A stretch of 24,000 bases of DNA from Candidatus Saccharimonadales bacterium (GTDB lineage: Bacteria > Patescibacteriota > Saccharimonadia > UBA4664 > SCTI01), in contig JASLFZ010000061.1 in NCBI GenBank assembly GCA_030150485.1, positions 1 to 24,000 of the forward strand, written 5' to 3'. The notes beneath the pieces are model-generated. The model was not told where the DNA came from, made no database searches, and was given only the letters and a program-made list of their open reading frames with translations. This document shows positions 1 to 9,177 of the stretch, piece after piece. Made by a program: the position numbers and the translations under genes. Each line of letters opens with the position of its first letter. Position 1 is the first letter of the stretch.

Positions 1-108
1 GTTCTCCTTGGCCCAACGGCGATTGCCATCAAGGATAAGGCCGAGGTGGTGTGGCACCGTCGCCGGAGCCTTAATGGTTGGTGGAGTGAGCGGTTGAGTA
101 ACAGGCAT
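1..108 (-). CDS. uppS: Undecaprenyl-diphosphate synthase (cis-isoprenyl transferase), N-terminal fragment; the gene runs off the left edge
   Basis: Minus-strand ATG at 108-106. The translation MPVTQPLTPPTIKAPATVPHHLGLILDGNRRWAKEN carries the cis-prenyltransferase DGNRRWA signature. It is absent from the ORF track because it is truncated. A -10-like TGaTAGAAT (TAGAAT at 120-115) lies 6 nt upstream of the ATG. Confidence 0.75.
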   Translation of the reverse strand, partial: MPVTQPLTPPTIKAPATVPHHLGLILDGNRRWAKEN

Positions 109-138
109 GGCTTAATTCTATCATTTTATTACCGAGAG

Positions 139-1200
139 TTACTGAAATTGCGTGTTAGTCGTAAACTCAAAATCGGCGACGGGCTGGCCGCTGTCGCCAA
201 TAGCGCCCAAGCTTTTCCCAGCTACCTGGCTGTTGGTAACGGTCAAATTGGTGGTGCCGCCGTTGGTGGTAGCGATAGTAACATTGTGGCCACCTTTAAA
301 GGTTTGGGTGGTACCGGGCAGCATGGTGCCGCGGAACCGTTGCTGGCCATCGATTTTGACGGTGATGGTAGTAGCCTTGGTTTGCACCTGTACGCTTACC
401 GCTACGCCGTTGAAGGGAGCTGTTGGCAGTGTTGAACCGGGCGCGGTGTTAGGCACGTGAGCCAAGATGTTACGCGTTACCGTGGTGGTTTTACCAAGCG
501 CATTTTTGGCTGAAATCTGAATGCTGTTAACGCCGCTTTCGAGCGCAATAGCGTCGGTAAAGTTACCGTTACCGTCAACTAGAATCGGTGAGCTGTTAAC
601 AAATAGATCGGCGCCATCGTTGACGCTGCCGGAAACGGTGATGAGGCTCCCGTATAGCACTTGGTCGTGGCTCGGGTTGGACACCACCAAATGGGGTGCG
701 GCGGTAAGCGCGCTGAGTTGGGTGGTAAGGTAGATTAAAACCGCGGCGGCGGCAATCGTGCCCCCCGCGAAGGTTAGCAGGCGCGGGGTCAGAACAAACC
801 GCGCAGCGGTTACGCGGGTGGCATGCTGGCGCTGGCGCTCTTGTTGGCCGCGATCGAGAGCGTAAGAGTCGGCTATCGCTTTGCCATCGAGGCCCAAAAA
901 ATTGGCGTAGCTTTGGACAAAACCGCGGCTGTACACATCGTTGGGAAGCGTGAGGTAGTCATCGGCCTCAATGGCCGTGAGGTATTTGCCACGAATGCGG
1001 GTAGCTCGCTCCACGTCGGCCAAGCTAATACCGCGCTCGAGGCGACGGTCTTTGAGTAGCTGGCCGGTACCCGCAGATACAGGGGGTGCAAAATCAGCGA
1101 CCTCGGCCGCATCACCCACGCTTTTTTTTGGCTGGGTTGAACGACTTGGGGCAGAGCGCGGCCGGGCGCTAGATTTCGGTTTCTTCGCTGGGCTCGGCAT
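139..1200 (-). CDS. RodZ-like membrane protein with an XRE-type HTH, one TM segment and a C-terminal beta-rich domain
   Basis: The ORF track frame is 139..1212. It has a basic N-terminus, then the HTH ERGISLADVERATRIRGKYLTAIE...YSRGFVQSYANFLGLD typical of RodZ/DUF4115 proteins. A hydrophobic helix LLTFAGGTIAAAAVLIYL follows. The track start at 1212 is GTG; I prefer the ATG at 1200. The 5' end overlaps the ftsK 3' end. Confidence 0.7.
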   Translation of the reverse strand: MPSPAKKPKSSARPRSAPSRSTQPKKSVGDAAEVADFAPPVSAGTGQLLKDRRLERGISLADVERATRIRGKYLTAIEADDYLTLPNDVYSRGFVQSYANFLGLDGKAIADSYALDRGQQERQRQHATRVTAARFVLTPRLLTFAGGTIAAAAVLIYLTTQLSALTAAPHLVVSNPSHDQVLYGSLITVSGSVNDGADLFVNSSPILVDGNGNFTDAIALESGVNSIQISAKNALGKTTTVTRNILAHVPNTAPGSTLPTAPFNGVAVSVQVQTKATTITVKIDGQQRFRGTMLPGTTQTFKGGHNVTIATTNGGTTNLTVTNSQVAGKSLGAIGDSGQPVADFEFTTNTQFQ

Positions 1201-3289
1201 CTTCCGACTCACTCACACTACTTACAAGAACCTGGCGTGGCCGGGCGCCATCGGCTGGGCCTACCACTCCTCGCTCTTCGAGAATATCAAGCAGGCGGGC
1301 CGCGCGGGCGTAACCCACACGCAGGCGGCGTTGCAGCAGGCTGGCACTGGCTTTGCCCGAACGGATTACGGTATCGGCGGCTTCCTGGAAGAGATCGTCG
1401 TCGGCATCGCTAAAGTCGCCGCCTCCCCCACCACCGCCACCCATACTAACCGGCTGCGCCAGCACCTCTTCGTTGTACTGGGGCTGACGGGCGTTACGGA
1501 GGTAATCGGTGATCTTTTTGGTCTCCGCCTCGTCGGTGTACACGCCCTGAATACGGCGCGGCTTCGGGGATTCGGCGCTGGCAAACATCATGTCGCCCTT
1601 GCCAAGCAGTTTTTCGGCGCCGCCTTGGTCGAGAATGGTACGAGAATCCACGTAGCCCGGTACGCGGAACGCAATACGAGCTGGTACGTTAGCCTTAATG
1701 AGGCCGGTAATCACGTTCACGCTCGGGCGCTGAGTGGCTAGCACCAGGTGAATACCCGCCGCCCGCGCCAGCTGGGCCAGCCGCACAATCAAGGCTTCAA
1801 CCTCGGCACCGGCCAGCATCATCAGGTCGCTCATCTCATCGATAACAACCACAATGTAAGGCATGCTCTCTTCTTGGGTAATCAAGTTATACTCGTTGAT
1901 GTTGCGTTTGCCAACCTCAGCAAACAGTTTGAGGCGGCGCTCCATTTCAGCCACCGCCCATTTGAGTGCGCTAATGGTTTTTTCCGGCTCAACAATCACC
2001 GGCGTGAGCAGGTGGGGAATGTTGTTATACAGTGTCAGCTCGACCCGCTTTGGGTCAACCAGAATTAGCTTCAACTGGGCCGGTGAGTTCCGATACAGCA
2101 AGCTGGTTAGCAGGGTGTTGATCATGACCGACTTACCAGCTCCGGTAGCTCCAGCAATGAGGAGATGCGGCATGCTGGCAAGGTCGGCTAAAGCCGGGGC
2201 GCCGGCCACATCCTGACCAAGCGCGATGGTCAGAGGCGAGGTGGCAGATTGCCACTCTGGCGTGTCCATGAGCTGCCGCAGACGCACTTGGGCAATCGAC
2301 TTATTTGGCAGCTCCACGCCGACAGCACCCTTGCCGGGGATGGGCGCCTCAATGCGAACACTGCTAGCCGAGAGAGCGTAGGCCAGGTTTTGATCGAGCG
2401 CGGTAACCTTGTTGAGCTTAACGCCGCTGGCTGGCTTCAGGGTGTATTGGGTAACGGTCGGGCCCACGTTCACCTCCCCCATCGCCGCCTCAATGCTGAA
2501 GTTGGATAAGGTGTTCTGGATAATGGCGGCATTTTCCTTGATGTTGCCAGCATCGGGTTTGGTGATGCTTTTATTGAGAAGGTCAAGGCTTGGTGGGGTC
2601 CAATCGGGATCGCTGACACTGACCAGCGCGGTTTCGGGTGCCTTGACCGGCTTGGCTTTCTTGCCTGACCCCCCGATAGTGCCACGGATCTCGAGCTGGT
2701 TGGCCAGTGCGCCGGCCGGCTCGTTGATAGTGATTTCCTCTTTAGGCTCGCGCTTGAAGATGCCGGTAATACTCGCGAGCAGCTGGCTCAACCGCGTGTT
2801 GGCGGCTATAACGGTAAAAATAATCAGCAGTGCAAACAGAATGATGGCGGAGGCGGGTACGTTCAAAATCATCAAGAATAGCTTGCTGAGGCCATAGCCG
2901 AGCAGCCCTCCACCCTGACCTTGCCGAGCAACGCTCAGCGCCACAATCGGCCGGATACTAATATGCAACAGCCCAGCGAGTGCTACCACAAAGCCAGCAA
3001 AGCCAATGTAGTTATGCGCCTGAACCTCGTACTTTTCGGGCTGAAAAACCATGAAGGCGAGCATCAAAAAGATTACCGGCAGGACGTAAGCGGCAAAGCC
3101 GATAGCAAACCGCAGGCCACCAAATAGACCGGTCGCAAGCGAGCCGCCAAAGTTAAACATCGCAAAGATGAGGATAAGCGCGACTACCACCAAAATGATG
3201 GCGCCGATTTCGCGAGCGACGCCATCGCCGAGATTCGGCCGTAAGCTCAAACTGGGAATGGTAGTTTTTTTCTTTTTGCGCTTGGCCAT
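1169..3289 (-). CDS. ftsK: DNA translocase FtsK/SpoIIIE
   Basis: 706 aa. N-terminal multi-TM region, linker, Walker A GATGAGKS, Walker B VVVIDEMSDL. C-terminal winged-helix gamma domain SASLLQRRLRVGYARAARLLDILEERGVVGP. ATG at 3289, with a perfect TATAAT (3305-3300) 10 nt upstream. Confidence 0.95.
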   Translation of the reverse strand: MAKRKKKKTTIPSLSLRPNLGDGVAREIGAIILVVVALILIFAMFNFGGSLATGLFGGLRFAIGFAAYVLPVIFLMLAFMVFQPEKYEVQAHNYIGFAGFVVALAGLLHISIRPIVALSVARQGQGGGLLGYGLSKLFLMILNVPASAIILFALLIIFTVIAANTRLSQLLASITGIFKREPKEEITINEPAGALANQLEIRGTIGGSGKKAKPVKAPETALVSVSDPDWTPPSLDLLNKSITKPDAGNIKENAAIIQNTLSNFSIEAAMGEVNVGPTVTQYTLKPASGVKLNKVTALDQNLAYALSASSVRIEAPIPGKGAVGVELPNKSIAQVRLRQLMDTPEWQSATSPLTIALGQDVAGAPALADLASMPHLLIAGATGAGKSVMINTLLTSLLYRNSPAQLKLILVDPKRVELTLYNNIPHLLTPVIVEPEKTISALKWAVAEMERRLKLFAEVGKRNINEYNLITQEESMPYIVVVIDEMSDLMMLAGAEVEALIVRLAQLARAAGIHLVLATQRPSVNVITGLIKANVPARIAFRVPGYVDSRTILDQGGAEKLLGKGDMMFASAESPKPRRIQGVYTDEAETKKITDYLRNARQPQYNEEVLAQPVSMGGGGGGGGDFSDADDDLFQEAADTVIRSGKASASLLQRRLRVGYARAARLLDILEERGVVGPADGARPRQVLVSSVSESEDAEPSEETEI

Positions 3290-3366
3290 ACTACCGCTTA
3301 TTATACCGCTTTTGCTCTGATAAGTACAGATAGAAATCGGGTTGGGTAGTGGAGAGGCCTCAAAGC

Positions 3367-5400
3367 TTAGCGCGTATCGACTTCGTTGATCACGGGCAGC
3401 ACCATTGGGTTGCGCTTGGTGCGGGCATAGAGGAAGTCGGCGACATCGTCGCGCAGGTTCATTTTGAACTTAGCCCAGTCGCCGTTACGCTGCTTGTCGC
3501 GGCGCTCAAAGCTCTTGCGGATCTCTTGGCGTACCCGGCCGATCAGCTCCTCGCTCTCCTTCATATGGACAAAGCCACGGGAGATGATGTCGGGGCTGGT
3601 GAGCAGGCGGCCGGACTTCTTATCAACGGTGGCGATAATCACCACCATGCCGTCCGAGCCCAGCGCCAGACGGTCGCGCAGTACCAGGTTTTCGACGTCA
3701 CCCACACCGGAGCCGTCGATCAAGATGATGCCACTTGGCACCCGCTCAACCTTCTTGGCGCCGCTGGCGGTGATTTCCAACACGTCGCCGTTATCCATCA
3801 CGTAACTGTTGGACGCGATGACGCCGTTTTTAACGGCGAGCTCGGCGTGACGGACCAACATGTGGAACTCACCGTGGATTGGCAGGAAGTACTTTGGCTT
3901 GATGAGGTTAATGAGCTCAGCGAGATCGTCGTTGGAGGCGTGACCGGAAACGTGCAGCAGCCCGAACTGATCGAGCTCGCGCAAGGTGTTGACGTACACC
4001 CGAGCACCCTCGCGCAGCAATGCATCAACGCTCGCTACCACAGCCTTTTCGTTACCCGGGATCGGGTTGGAGCTCAGAATGATGCTGTCTCCCGATTTAA
4101 TTTTGACGTGCGGGTGGTCGCCGGTGCTCATGCGACTCAGCGCCGAGTTAACCTCTCCCTGCGAACCGGTGCAAAGAATTACTACGTTATCATCGGACTT
4201 CTTGGCGGTATCTTGCACTCGGGTAATAAGCCCCGGCGGAACCTTGATGTAGCCCATTTTGACGGCCAGCTCGACGTTTGCAAGCATGCTGCGCCCAATG
4301 AAAGCGAGCTTACGATTAGCCTTTTCAGTGGCATTAATAATCAGCTGGACGCGCGTGAGCGAGCTCGCGAAGGTACTAATGATGATGCGGCCCGAAGCGC
4401 GACCAAATAGATCGTCAAGCGTGGGCTCAATCAGCTTTTCGCTGGGGGTACGGCCAACACGCTCGGTGTTGGTACTGTCACTCATCAGCAGCAAAACACC
4501 CTCTTTGCCGACCTCTTCAAGGCGGGCCAGGTCCATTTTGCGGCCATCGATAGGATCGGGATCCAGCCGCCAGTCGCCGGTGTGCACGAGCGTTCCAATT
4601 GGCGTGCGGATGATCGCGGCGGCGGCGTCGGGAATCGAGTGGGTCACCCGCGCCAGCTCAACGTTAAAGACACCGAGCTGAACGCGTTCGTGCGCATCGG
4701 GGTCCATCACCCGGAAGTCGGGCGTGCTGGCTAGCTTAAACTCCTCAATCTGCTTTTCGACCATAGCCAGGCTCAGCTTAGTGCCAAACACCGGTACGTG
4801 GAACTTGGGCAGCACATAGCCGGCCGCGCCAATGTGATCCATGTGACCGTGCGTAATAATAATGCCCCGAAGCTTATGGGCGTTCTTTTCGACGTAGGTG
4901 GTATCAGGAATAATGTAGTCGATGCCGGGCTGGTGTTCATCGGGGAAGGCAAACCCGAAGTCGACCATGATCATGTCGTCATCGTATTCGATGGCCATCA
5001 TGTTTTTTCCGACCTCACCGAGGCCACCAAGCGGGATAATGCGGATTTTAGGATCGCGATTGACCTGGTTGGCCTGGCGCCCCTTCACCTGGGTGGCCTG
5101 CTCGCCCCCAGTACCGTTGAAGCTGGATTTATTAACTGGGATAGATGGCGCGTTCATCAGCTTAGCCGCCATAGGGTTAGCTTGTTGCTGACGTCGCCGG
5201 GCCTTGCCATTGCTACCGCCGCCGTTGCCGCTACGACGCGGTGCGCCGGGATTACCGGCAGCCGGACGGTCGGTTTCGCGAACTTGCGGGCGTCCAGCAG
5301 CTGGCTGGCCGGGCCGCGCCGTCGGGCGGGACTGCCGCGGCGGGCGAGCGCTGTTTTGATTGTTTGATGTTTTATTTGATTGGTTGTTAGTTGGTTCCAT
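3367..5400 (-). CDS. rnj: Ribonuclease J (metallo-beta-lactamase/beta-CASP) with a roughly 110-aa low-complexity N-terminal extension
   Basis: 677 aa. HxHxDH motif ITHGHMDHIGA and RNase J-like body (PLGGLGEVGKNMMAIEYDDDMIMVDFG...). SD AAAGGA lies 5 nt upstream of the ATG at 5400. Confidence 0.93.
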   Translation of the reverse strand: MEPTNNQSNKTSNNQNSARPPRQSRPTARPGQPAAGRPQVRETDRPAAGNPGAPRRSGNGGGSNGKARRRQQQANPMAAKLMNAPSIPVNKSSFNGTGGEQATQVKGRQANQVNRDPKIRIIPLGGLGEVGKNMMAIEYDDDMIMVDFGFAFPDEHQPGIDYIIPDTTYVEKNAHKLRGIIITHGHMDHIGAAGYVLPKFHVPVFGTKLSLAMVEKQIEEFKLASTPDFRVMDPDAHERVQLGVFNVELARVTHSIPDAAAAIIRTPIGTLVHTGDWRLDPDPIDGRKMDLARLEEVGKEGVLLLMSDSTNTERVGRTPSEKLIEPTLDDLFGRASGRIIISTFASSLTRVQLIINATEKANRKLAFIGRSMLANVELAVKMGYIKVPPGLITRVQDTAKKSDDNVVILCTGSQGEVNSALSRMSTGDHPHVKIKSGDSIILSSNPIPGNEKAVVASVDALLREGARVYVNTLRELDQFGLLHVSGHASNDDLAELINLIKPKYFLPIHGEFHMLVRHAELAVKNGVIASNSYVMDNGDVLEITASGAKKVERVPSGIILIDGSGVGDVENLVLRDRLALGSDGMVVIIATVDKKSGRLLTSPDIISRGFVHMKESEELIGRVRQEIRKSFERRDKQRNGDWAKFKMNLRDDVADFLYARTKRNPMVLPVINEVDTR

Positions 5401-5458
5401 ATGGTTCCTTTATTTAATGGTTAGTCGACTCCTCATGGGAGCCGAAAATTACTAATTG

Positions 5459-6040
5459 TTATGAGAGCTGGGCTAATACTTTCGGGATACCGGCAAAGTC
5501 ATCCAAGAGCTGCTGGCGCTGGCCGCCGTTATACAGCGCGGCTGCGGGATGATAAAGCGGCATGTACACCTGGCCGCCCTTGCGAAAGGCGCGACCATGG
5601 GCCTGGCTGATCTTGAGCTGTGGGAAGTATACGTTCATGGCGTGGCGACCCAAGAAAACGATGAGCTTGGGCGCGATCACTGCGAGCTGACACTGCAAAT
5701 AAGGCTTAAAGGCCTCGATTTCGGCAGGTAGTGGATCACGATTTTCCGGCGGCCGATATTTTACAATGTTGGTAATGTACACGTCGGCGCGGGCTAGGCT
5801 GATACTGGCCAGCATCTCGTCTAGAAACTTGCCAGCGGCGCCGACAAACGGTCGTCCCAGCTCATCCTCTTTAGCGCCGGGCGCCTCGCCGATAAAAACT
5901 ACCTCAGCGTCCGGACTCCCCTCCCCCATCACGAGCTGGGTGGCGGTGGCAGCCAGCTCAGGCGTCACCTTATCTGCCACAATAGCAGTGGCAATCTTAT
6001 CAAGCTCGATCTGCTGGGGGCTGGTGTTGGCCACGCTCAC
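5459..6040 (-). CDS. Uracil-DNA glycosylase, family 4-like, without the usual Fe-S cysteines
   Basis: 193 aa. Family-4 motif [34 protein letters not shown], and HPAA near the C-terminus. GTG start at 6040 as in the ORF track; the start is uncertain. Overlaps the pnp 3' end by 41 nt. Confidence 0.85.
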   Translation of the reverse strand: MSVANTSPQQIELDKIATAIVADKVTPELAATATQLVMGEGSPDAEVVFIGEAPGAKEDELGRPFVGAAGKFLDEMLASISLARADVYITNIVKYRPPENRDPLPAEIEAFKPYLQCQLAVIAPKLIVFLGRHAMNVYFPQLKISQAHGRAFRKGGQVYMPLYHPAAALYNGGQRQQLLDDFAGIPKVLAQLS

Positions 6041-8159
6041 CGGACTCCTTGGCTGCCTTCATGCTCAAATTGAGGCGGCCTTTATCGTCAATTTCCATGA
6101 GCTTCACCGTTACAGTTTCGCCTTCCTTCAATACGTCGGTAACTTTATCGATACGGTGGTCGGCAATTTGCGAAATGTGCACCAGGCCATCTTTCCCCGG
6201 CATGATCTCCACAAACGCACCAAACTCCATAATTTTCACGACCGTTCCGGTGTAGATGGCGCCCACCTCCGGGCGGGCGGTGAGGCGGTCGATCCAGGCC
6301 ATGGCCTTTTTAGCACCCTCGCCATCGGTTGAAGCGATCATGATCAAGCCGGTATCCTCGATGTCGATTTCGACGCCGGTTTCGGCAATAATCTTGTTAA
6401 TGGTCTCGCCACCCTTACCGATAATCATCTTAATGTCGTTGGGATCGATCATCATTTTACTGATGCGTGGGGCGTGGGGGGCCAGCTCGGCTCGGGGCTT
6501 ATCGATCACTGCCATCATCGCCGCCATAATATGTGCCCGCCCCTTATGGGCCTGCGCGAGCGCCTGCTCCATGATTTTTGGTGTAATCCCCTTAACCTTA
6601 ATATCCATCTGCAGCGCGGTAATGCCGTCTTTGGTTCCGGCAACCTTAAAGTCCATGTCTCCGGCAAAGTCTTCGGCGCCCTGGATGTCGCTCAAGATGA
6701 CGTACTCCTTTTCACCGAGCACCAAGCCCATCGCAATACCAGCCACCGGCTTTTTAATCGGCACGCCGGCGTCCATGAGACTGATCGTGCTGCCGCAAAC
6801 GCTCGCCATACTGGTTGAGCCATTGGAGCTAATCACCTCCGAAACGGTGCGGATGGTGTAGGGAAAATCCTCGACGGCCGGGATGACCGGGAGGAGCGCT
6901 CGCTCGGCCAAGGCGCCGTGACCAATTTCGCGCCGGCCGGGGCTGCGCATCGGACGTACCTCGCCGGTACTATAGCCGGGGAAGTTGTAGTGGTGCATGT
7001 AGCGCTTAGTGGCGTCCAGCTCCATAGTGTCGAGGATCTGGGCGTAGCTGGTGCTGGCCAGAGTGGTGAGGTTGAGCACTTGGGTGGTGCCACGGGTAAA
7101 GAGGCCCGAGCCGTGGGTGCGCGGGATGATGCCTACCTGCATCGAAAGCGGCCGGATCTCTTCCGGCTTGCGGCCATCGGGACGAGCTTTTTCTTCGAGA
7201 ATAGCGCGGCGGATTTCTTTATCGATGACCTTTTCGAAGGCGCTCTCGAGGTCATCGCGGCCAAACTGACCGTCCTCGCCACCGAACTTTTCCACCACCT
7301 CGCGGCGGAGATTCTTAATGGCATCATGGCGCAAATACTGACTTTCGTGGCGGACGGCCTCACCGAGACGGTCTTTCAAGAAGTCTGCTAGCAGCACCTC
7401 GGCATCGTGGTTGTGGCGATGCAGCTCATACTCTTTGGCTGGCGCGCCGAGCTCACGCTTCATCTGCTCTTGGAGCTCAATGACCGGCTGCATGGTTTGA
7501 TGAGCCAGCTCAATTGCCTCAACCATGGTAGCCTCATCGATTTCCTCGGCACCCGCCTCAACCATCATGATGGCTTCTTTGGTACCGGCAACTGTTAGGT
7601 CAAGGTCGCTTCCGGCCATCTCGGCATTGGTTGGGTAAGCGGTTAATTTGCCATCGATGCGGCCGATACGAACGCCAGCCACCGGGCCTTCAAATGGAGC
7701 GCCGCTAATGCTAAGCGCGGCCGAGATCGCAATCATGGCAATCAGATCGGGGCTGTGTACCAGATCTGCGCTTAGAACGGTGGCGACCCCCTGGACGTCG
7801 TTACGAAATCCCTTAGGGAACAGCGGGCGGATCGGGCGGTCAATCAGACGCGCCGTCAATGTGGCCATCTCGCTAGCGCGACCCTCGCGCTTCATGAAGC
7901 GACTGCCAGAAATTTTGCCGGCGGCGTACATGCGTTCCTCGTAATCAATCAGCAACGGAAAGAAATCGATACCAGGACGGGGCGTGTTAGCCATAACGGC
8001 GGTACCAAGCACCATGGTGTCGCCATAACGCACGGTAACGGCACCATCGGCCAAAAAGGCGAGTTTACCGGTTTCAATGGTTAGCGTGCGGCCACAGAAT
8101 TCAGTTTCAAACCGCTGGGTCTTACCCCCAAAGGGGTGAATGATGTCAGATTGTGCCAT
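6000..8159 (-). CDS. pnp: Polyribonucleotide nucleotidyltransferase (PNPase)
   Basis: Two RNase PH-like cores, a KH domain ([12 protein letters not shown]) and an S1 domain ([15 protein letters not shown]). I place the start at the ATG at 8159 ([13 protein letters not shown]...), preceded by AAGGAG at 8168-8163. The track start at 8201 is a TTG extension. Confidence 0.95.
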   Translation of the reverse strand: MAQSDIIHPFGGKTQRFETEFCGRTLTIETGKLAFLADGAVTVRYGDTMVLGTAVMANTPRPGIDFFPLLIDYEERMYAAGKISGSRFMKREGRASEMATLTARLIDRPIRPLFPKGFRNDVQGVATVLSADLVHSPDLIAMIAISAALSISGAPFEGPVAGVRIGRIDGKLTAYPTNAEMAGSDLDLTVAGTKEAIMMVEAGAEEIDEATMVEAIELAHQTMQPVIELQEQMKRELGAPAKEYELHRHNHDAEVLLADFLKDRLGEAVRHESQYLRHDAIKNLRREVVEKFGGEDGQFGRDDLESAFEKVIDKEIRRAILEEKARPDGRKPEEIRPLSMQVGIIPRTHGSGLFTRGTTQVLNLTTLASTSYAQILDTMELDATKRYMHHYNFPGYSTGEVRPMRSPGRREIGHGALAERALLPVIPAVEDFPYTIRTVSEVISSNGSTSMASVCGSTISLMDAGVPIKKPVAGIAMGLVLGEKEYVILSDIQGAEDFAGDMDFKVAGTKDGITALQMDIKVKGITPKIMEQALAQAHKGRAHIMAAMMAVIDKPRAELAPHAPRISKMMIDPNDIKMIIGKGGETINKIIAETGVEIDIEDTGLIMIASTDGEGAKKAMAWIDRLTARPEVGAIYTGTVVKIMEFGAFVEIMPGKDGLVHISQIADHRIDKVTDVLKEGETVTVKLMEIDDKGRLNLSMKAAKESGERGQHQPPADRA

Positions 8160-8193
8160 AAGCTCCTTTACTATGCCTACGTGCCGGGGACAA

Positions 8194-8216
8194 GAATCCA
8201 ATCACAGATTGGAATC
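8194..8216 (-). promoter_or_regulatory. Hairpin in the rpsO-pnp intergenic leader
   Basis: Stem tccaatc (8197-8203) / gattgga (8207-8213) with a 3-nt loop, plus 2 further bp after one mismatch. It lies about 35 nt upstream of the pnp ATG. It is positionally analogous to the RNase III-processed pnp leader hairpin known from E. coli, but this analogy rests on position only. Confidence 0.35.
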
Positions 8217-8304
8217 AAAGCTCCATCACGTAAACATTGTTAGTGTTCCGCTCAGGTTTGAGCGCAGTGAGACGCTTTAGGCAAGCGCCCGGCTGCGATC
8301 GCGA

Positions 8305-8571
8305 CTAGCGACGTAAGTCGAGTTTTTTGAGGATGGCGCGGTAACGCTCGGCGTCATTCTTGCTTAAGTAATCAAGTAGGCGACGGCGCTTCCCGACCAT
8401 TTTCAGCAAACCACGGCGGGAGTGCTCATCCTTTTTGTGGAGTTGAAGGTGCTTCGTGAGCTCCTGAATTTGGCGCGTGAATATGCTGATCTGGACCTCT
8501 GGCGAACCAGTGTCCTTTTTATGGGTTTGATAATCGGTAATAACCTTCTTTTTGACGTCGGTTTTTAACAT
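8305..8571 (-). CDS. rpsO: 30S ribosomal protein S15
   Basis: [27 protein letters not shown]...[25 protein letters not shown] is a canonical S15 of 88 aa. The track start at 8610 adds 13 non-conserved residues. Confidence 0.93.
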   Translation of the reverse strand: MLKTDVKKKVITDYQTHKKDTGSPEVQISIFTRQIQELTKHLQLHKKDEHSRRGLLKMVGKRRRLLDYLSKNDAERYRAILKKLDLRR

Positions 8572-8580
8572 TTCGGACTT

Positions 8581-8609
8581 TAGTGTAGCAAAAAACTGCT
8601 TAAAACGCA
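8581..8609 (-). promoter_or_regulatory. Putative rpsO promoter (-35 TTGCGT, 17-nt spacer, -10 TACACT)
   Basis: Minus strand reads TTGCGT (8609-8604), N17, TACACT (8586-8581). The ATG at 8571 lies 9 nt after the -10, so the leader would be about 2-3 nt with no SD. Confidence 0.5.
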
Positions 8610-8616
8610 ATGGGTG

Positions 8617-8901
8617 CTACACTTCTCCGGTATCGCGGCTCTCGAGACGAGCGATCCGAAAACCGTGCTCGGTAACCATCTGCTTCACCACATGAAGGTC
8701 TTCTTTGGTAATGGATATATCGGTAAAAGCGGTGTGGAACTTGCGGCTGGTCGCGGCAGCGAAGCTATCAAACTCGGTTTTAAACTGACCAAACCGGCCG
8801 TCGCTTTCGTCGAAGCGCTGATTCATCTCATCAAAGCGAGGCTGCATGACATCCGCTATGCTGACTTTTATGTTACTGAGATCGGTAGCTGTTAATGCCA
8901 T
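8617..8901 (-). CDS. Hypothetical 94-aa protein, predicted helical, with RFDE/RFG repeats
   Basis: ATG at 8901 is preceded by AAAGGAG with a 7-nt spacer and by a GCTACAAT -10 element (8929-8924). I recognise no family. Sequence: MALTATDLSNIKVSIADVMQPRFDEMNQRFDESDGRFGQFKTEFDSF... Confidence 0.6.
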   Translation of the reverse strand: MALTATDLSNIKVSIADVMQPRFDEMNQRFDESDGRFGQFKTEFDSFAAATSRKFHTAFTDISITKEDLHVVKQMVTEHGFRIARLESRDTGEV

Positions 8902-8956
8902 CAGTTCGCTCCTTTTGCAGTTAATTGTAGCGCATAAGCGTTTCTAACTCTATGGT

Positions 8957-8975
8957 ATGCGAACGAAATGCGAAC
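8957..8975. repeat. Direct repeat atgcgaac-gaa-atgcgaac (8 nt x2, 11-nt period)
   Basis: Copies at 8957-8964 and 8968-8975, about 28-50 nt upstream of the -10 of the 94-aa ORF. The spacing is one helical turn. This may be a protein-binding site, but that is speculative. Confidence 0.4.
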
Positions 8976-9051
8976 AACAAGACTGGTTCTTTTTGGGGGA
9001 TGGGCTACAATTGCCATCTCATTTTAGCGGGTTGAGATTAACAAATTATTA

Positions 9052-9102
9052 AACGTTTCGTCCTTTTGGACTCATCAGAAAGACTACACAGTCTTTAACG
9101 TT
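9052..9102 (-). ncRNA. Hammerhead self-cleaving ribozyme motif, type III topology
   Basis: Minus strand 9102->9052 reads AACGU-U|AAAGACU-GUGU-AGUCUUU-CUGAUGA-GUCC-AAAA-GGAC-GAA-ACGUU.
- Stem III: 5 bp, 9102-9098 with 9056-9052, including A15.1-U16.1.
- Cleavage triplet GUU: H17 is U at 9097, with predicted scission between 9097 and 9096.
- Stem I: 7-bp hairpin, 9096-9090 with 9085-9079.
- Core C3-A9: CUGAUGA at 9078-9072.
- Stem II: 4 bp with G10.1-C11.1, 9071-9068 with 9063-9060.
- G12A13A14: 9059-9057.
All invariant core positions are present. Confidence 0.85.
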
Positions 9103-9177
9103 GGGCCGCGAGGGACGGAGCAGCAGCAAGGATGAAACATCACTTGTGCGCCCGAACGCCCCTCACGGAAGCGCCTA

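Noticed and set aside
9003-9012. Plus-strand GCTACAAT -10-like element that could drive an RNA antisense to the hammerhead and the 151-aa ORF.
   Set aside because: There is no acceptable -35 at 16-18 nt, no downstream ORF or start codon at leaderless spacing, and no terminator. A single hexamer match is insufficient.
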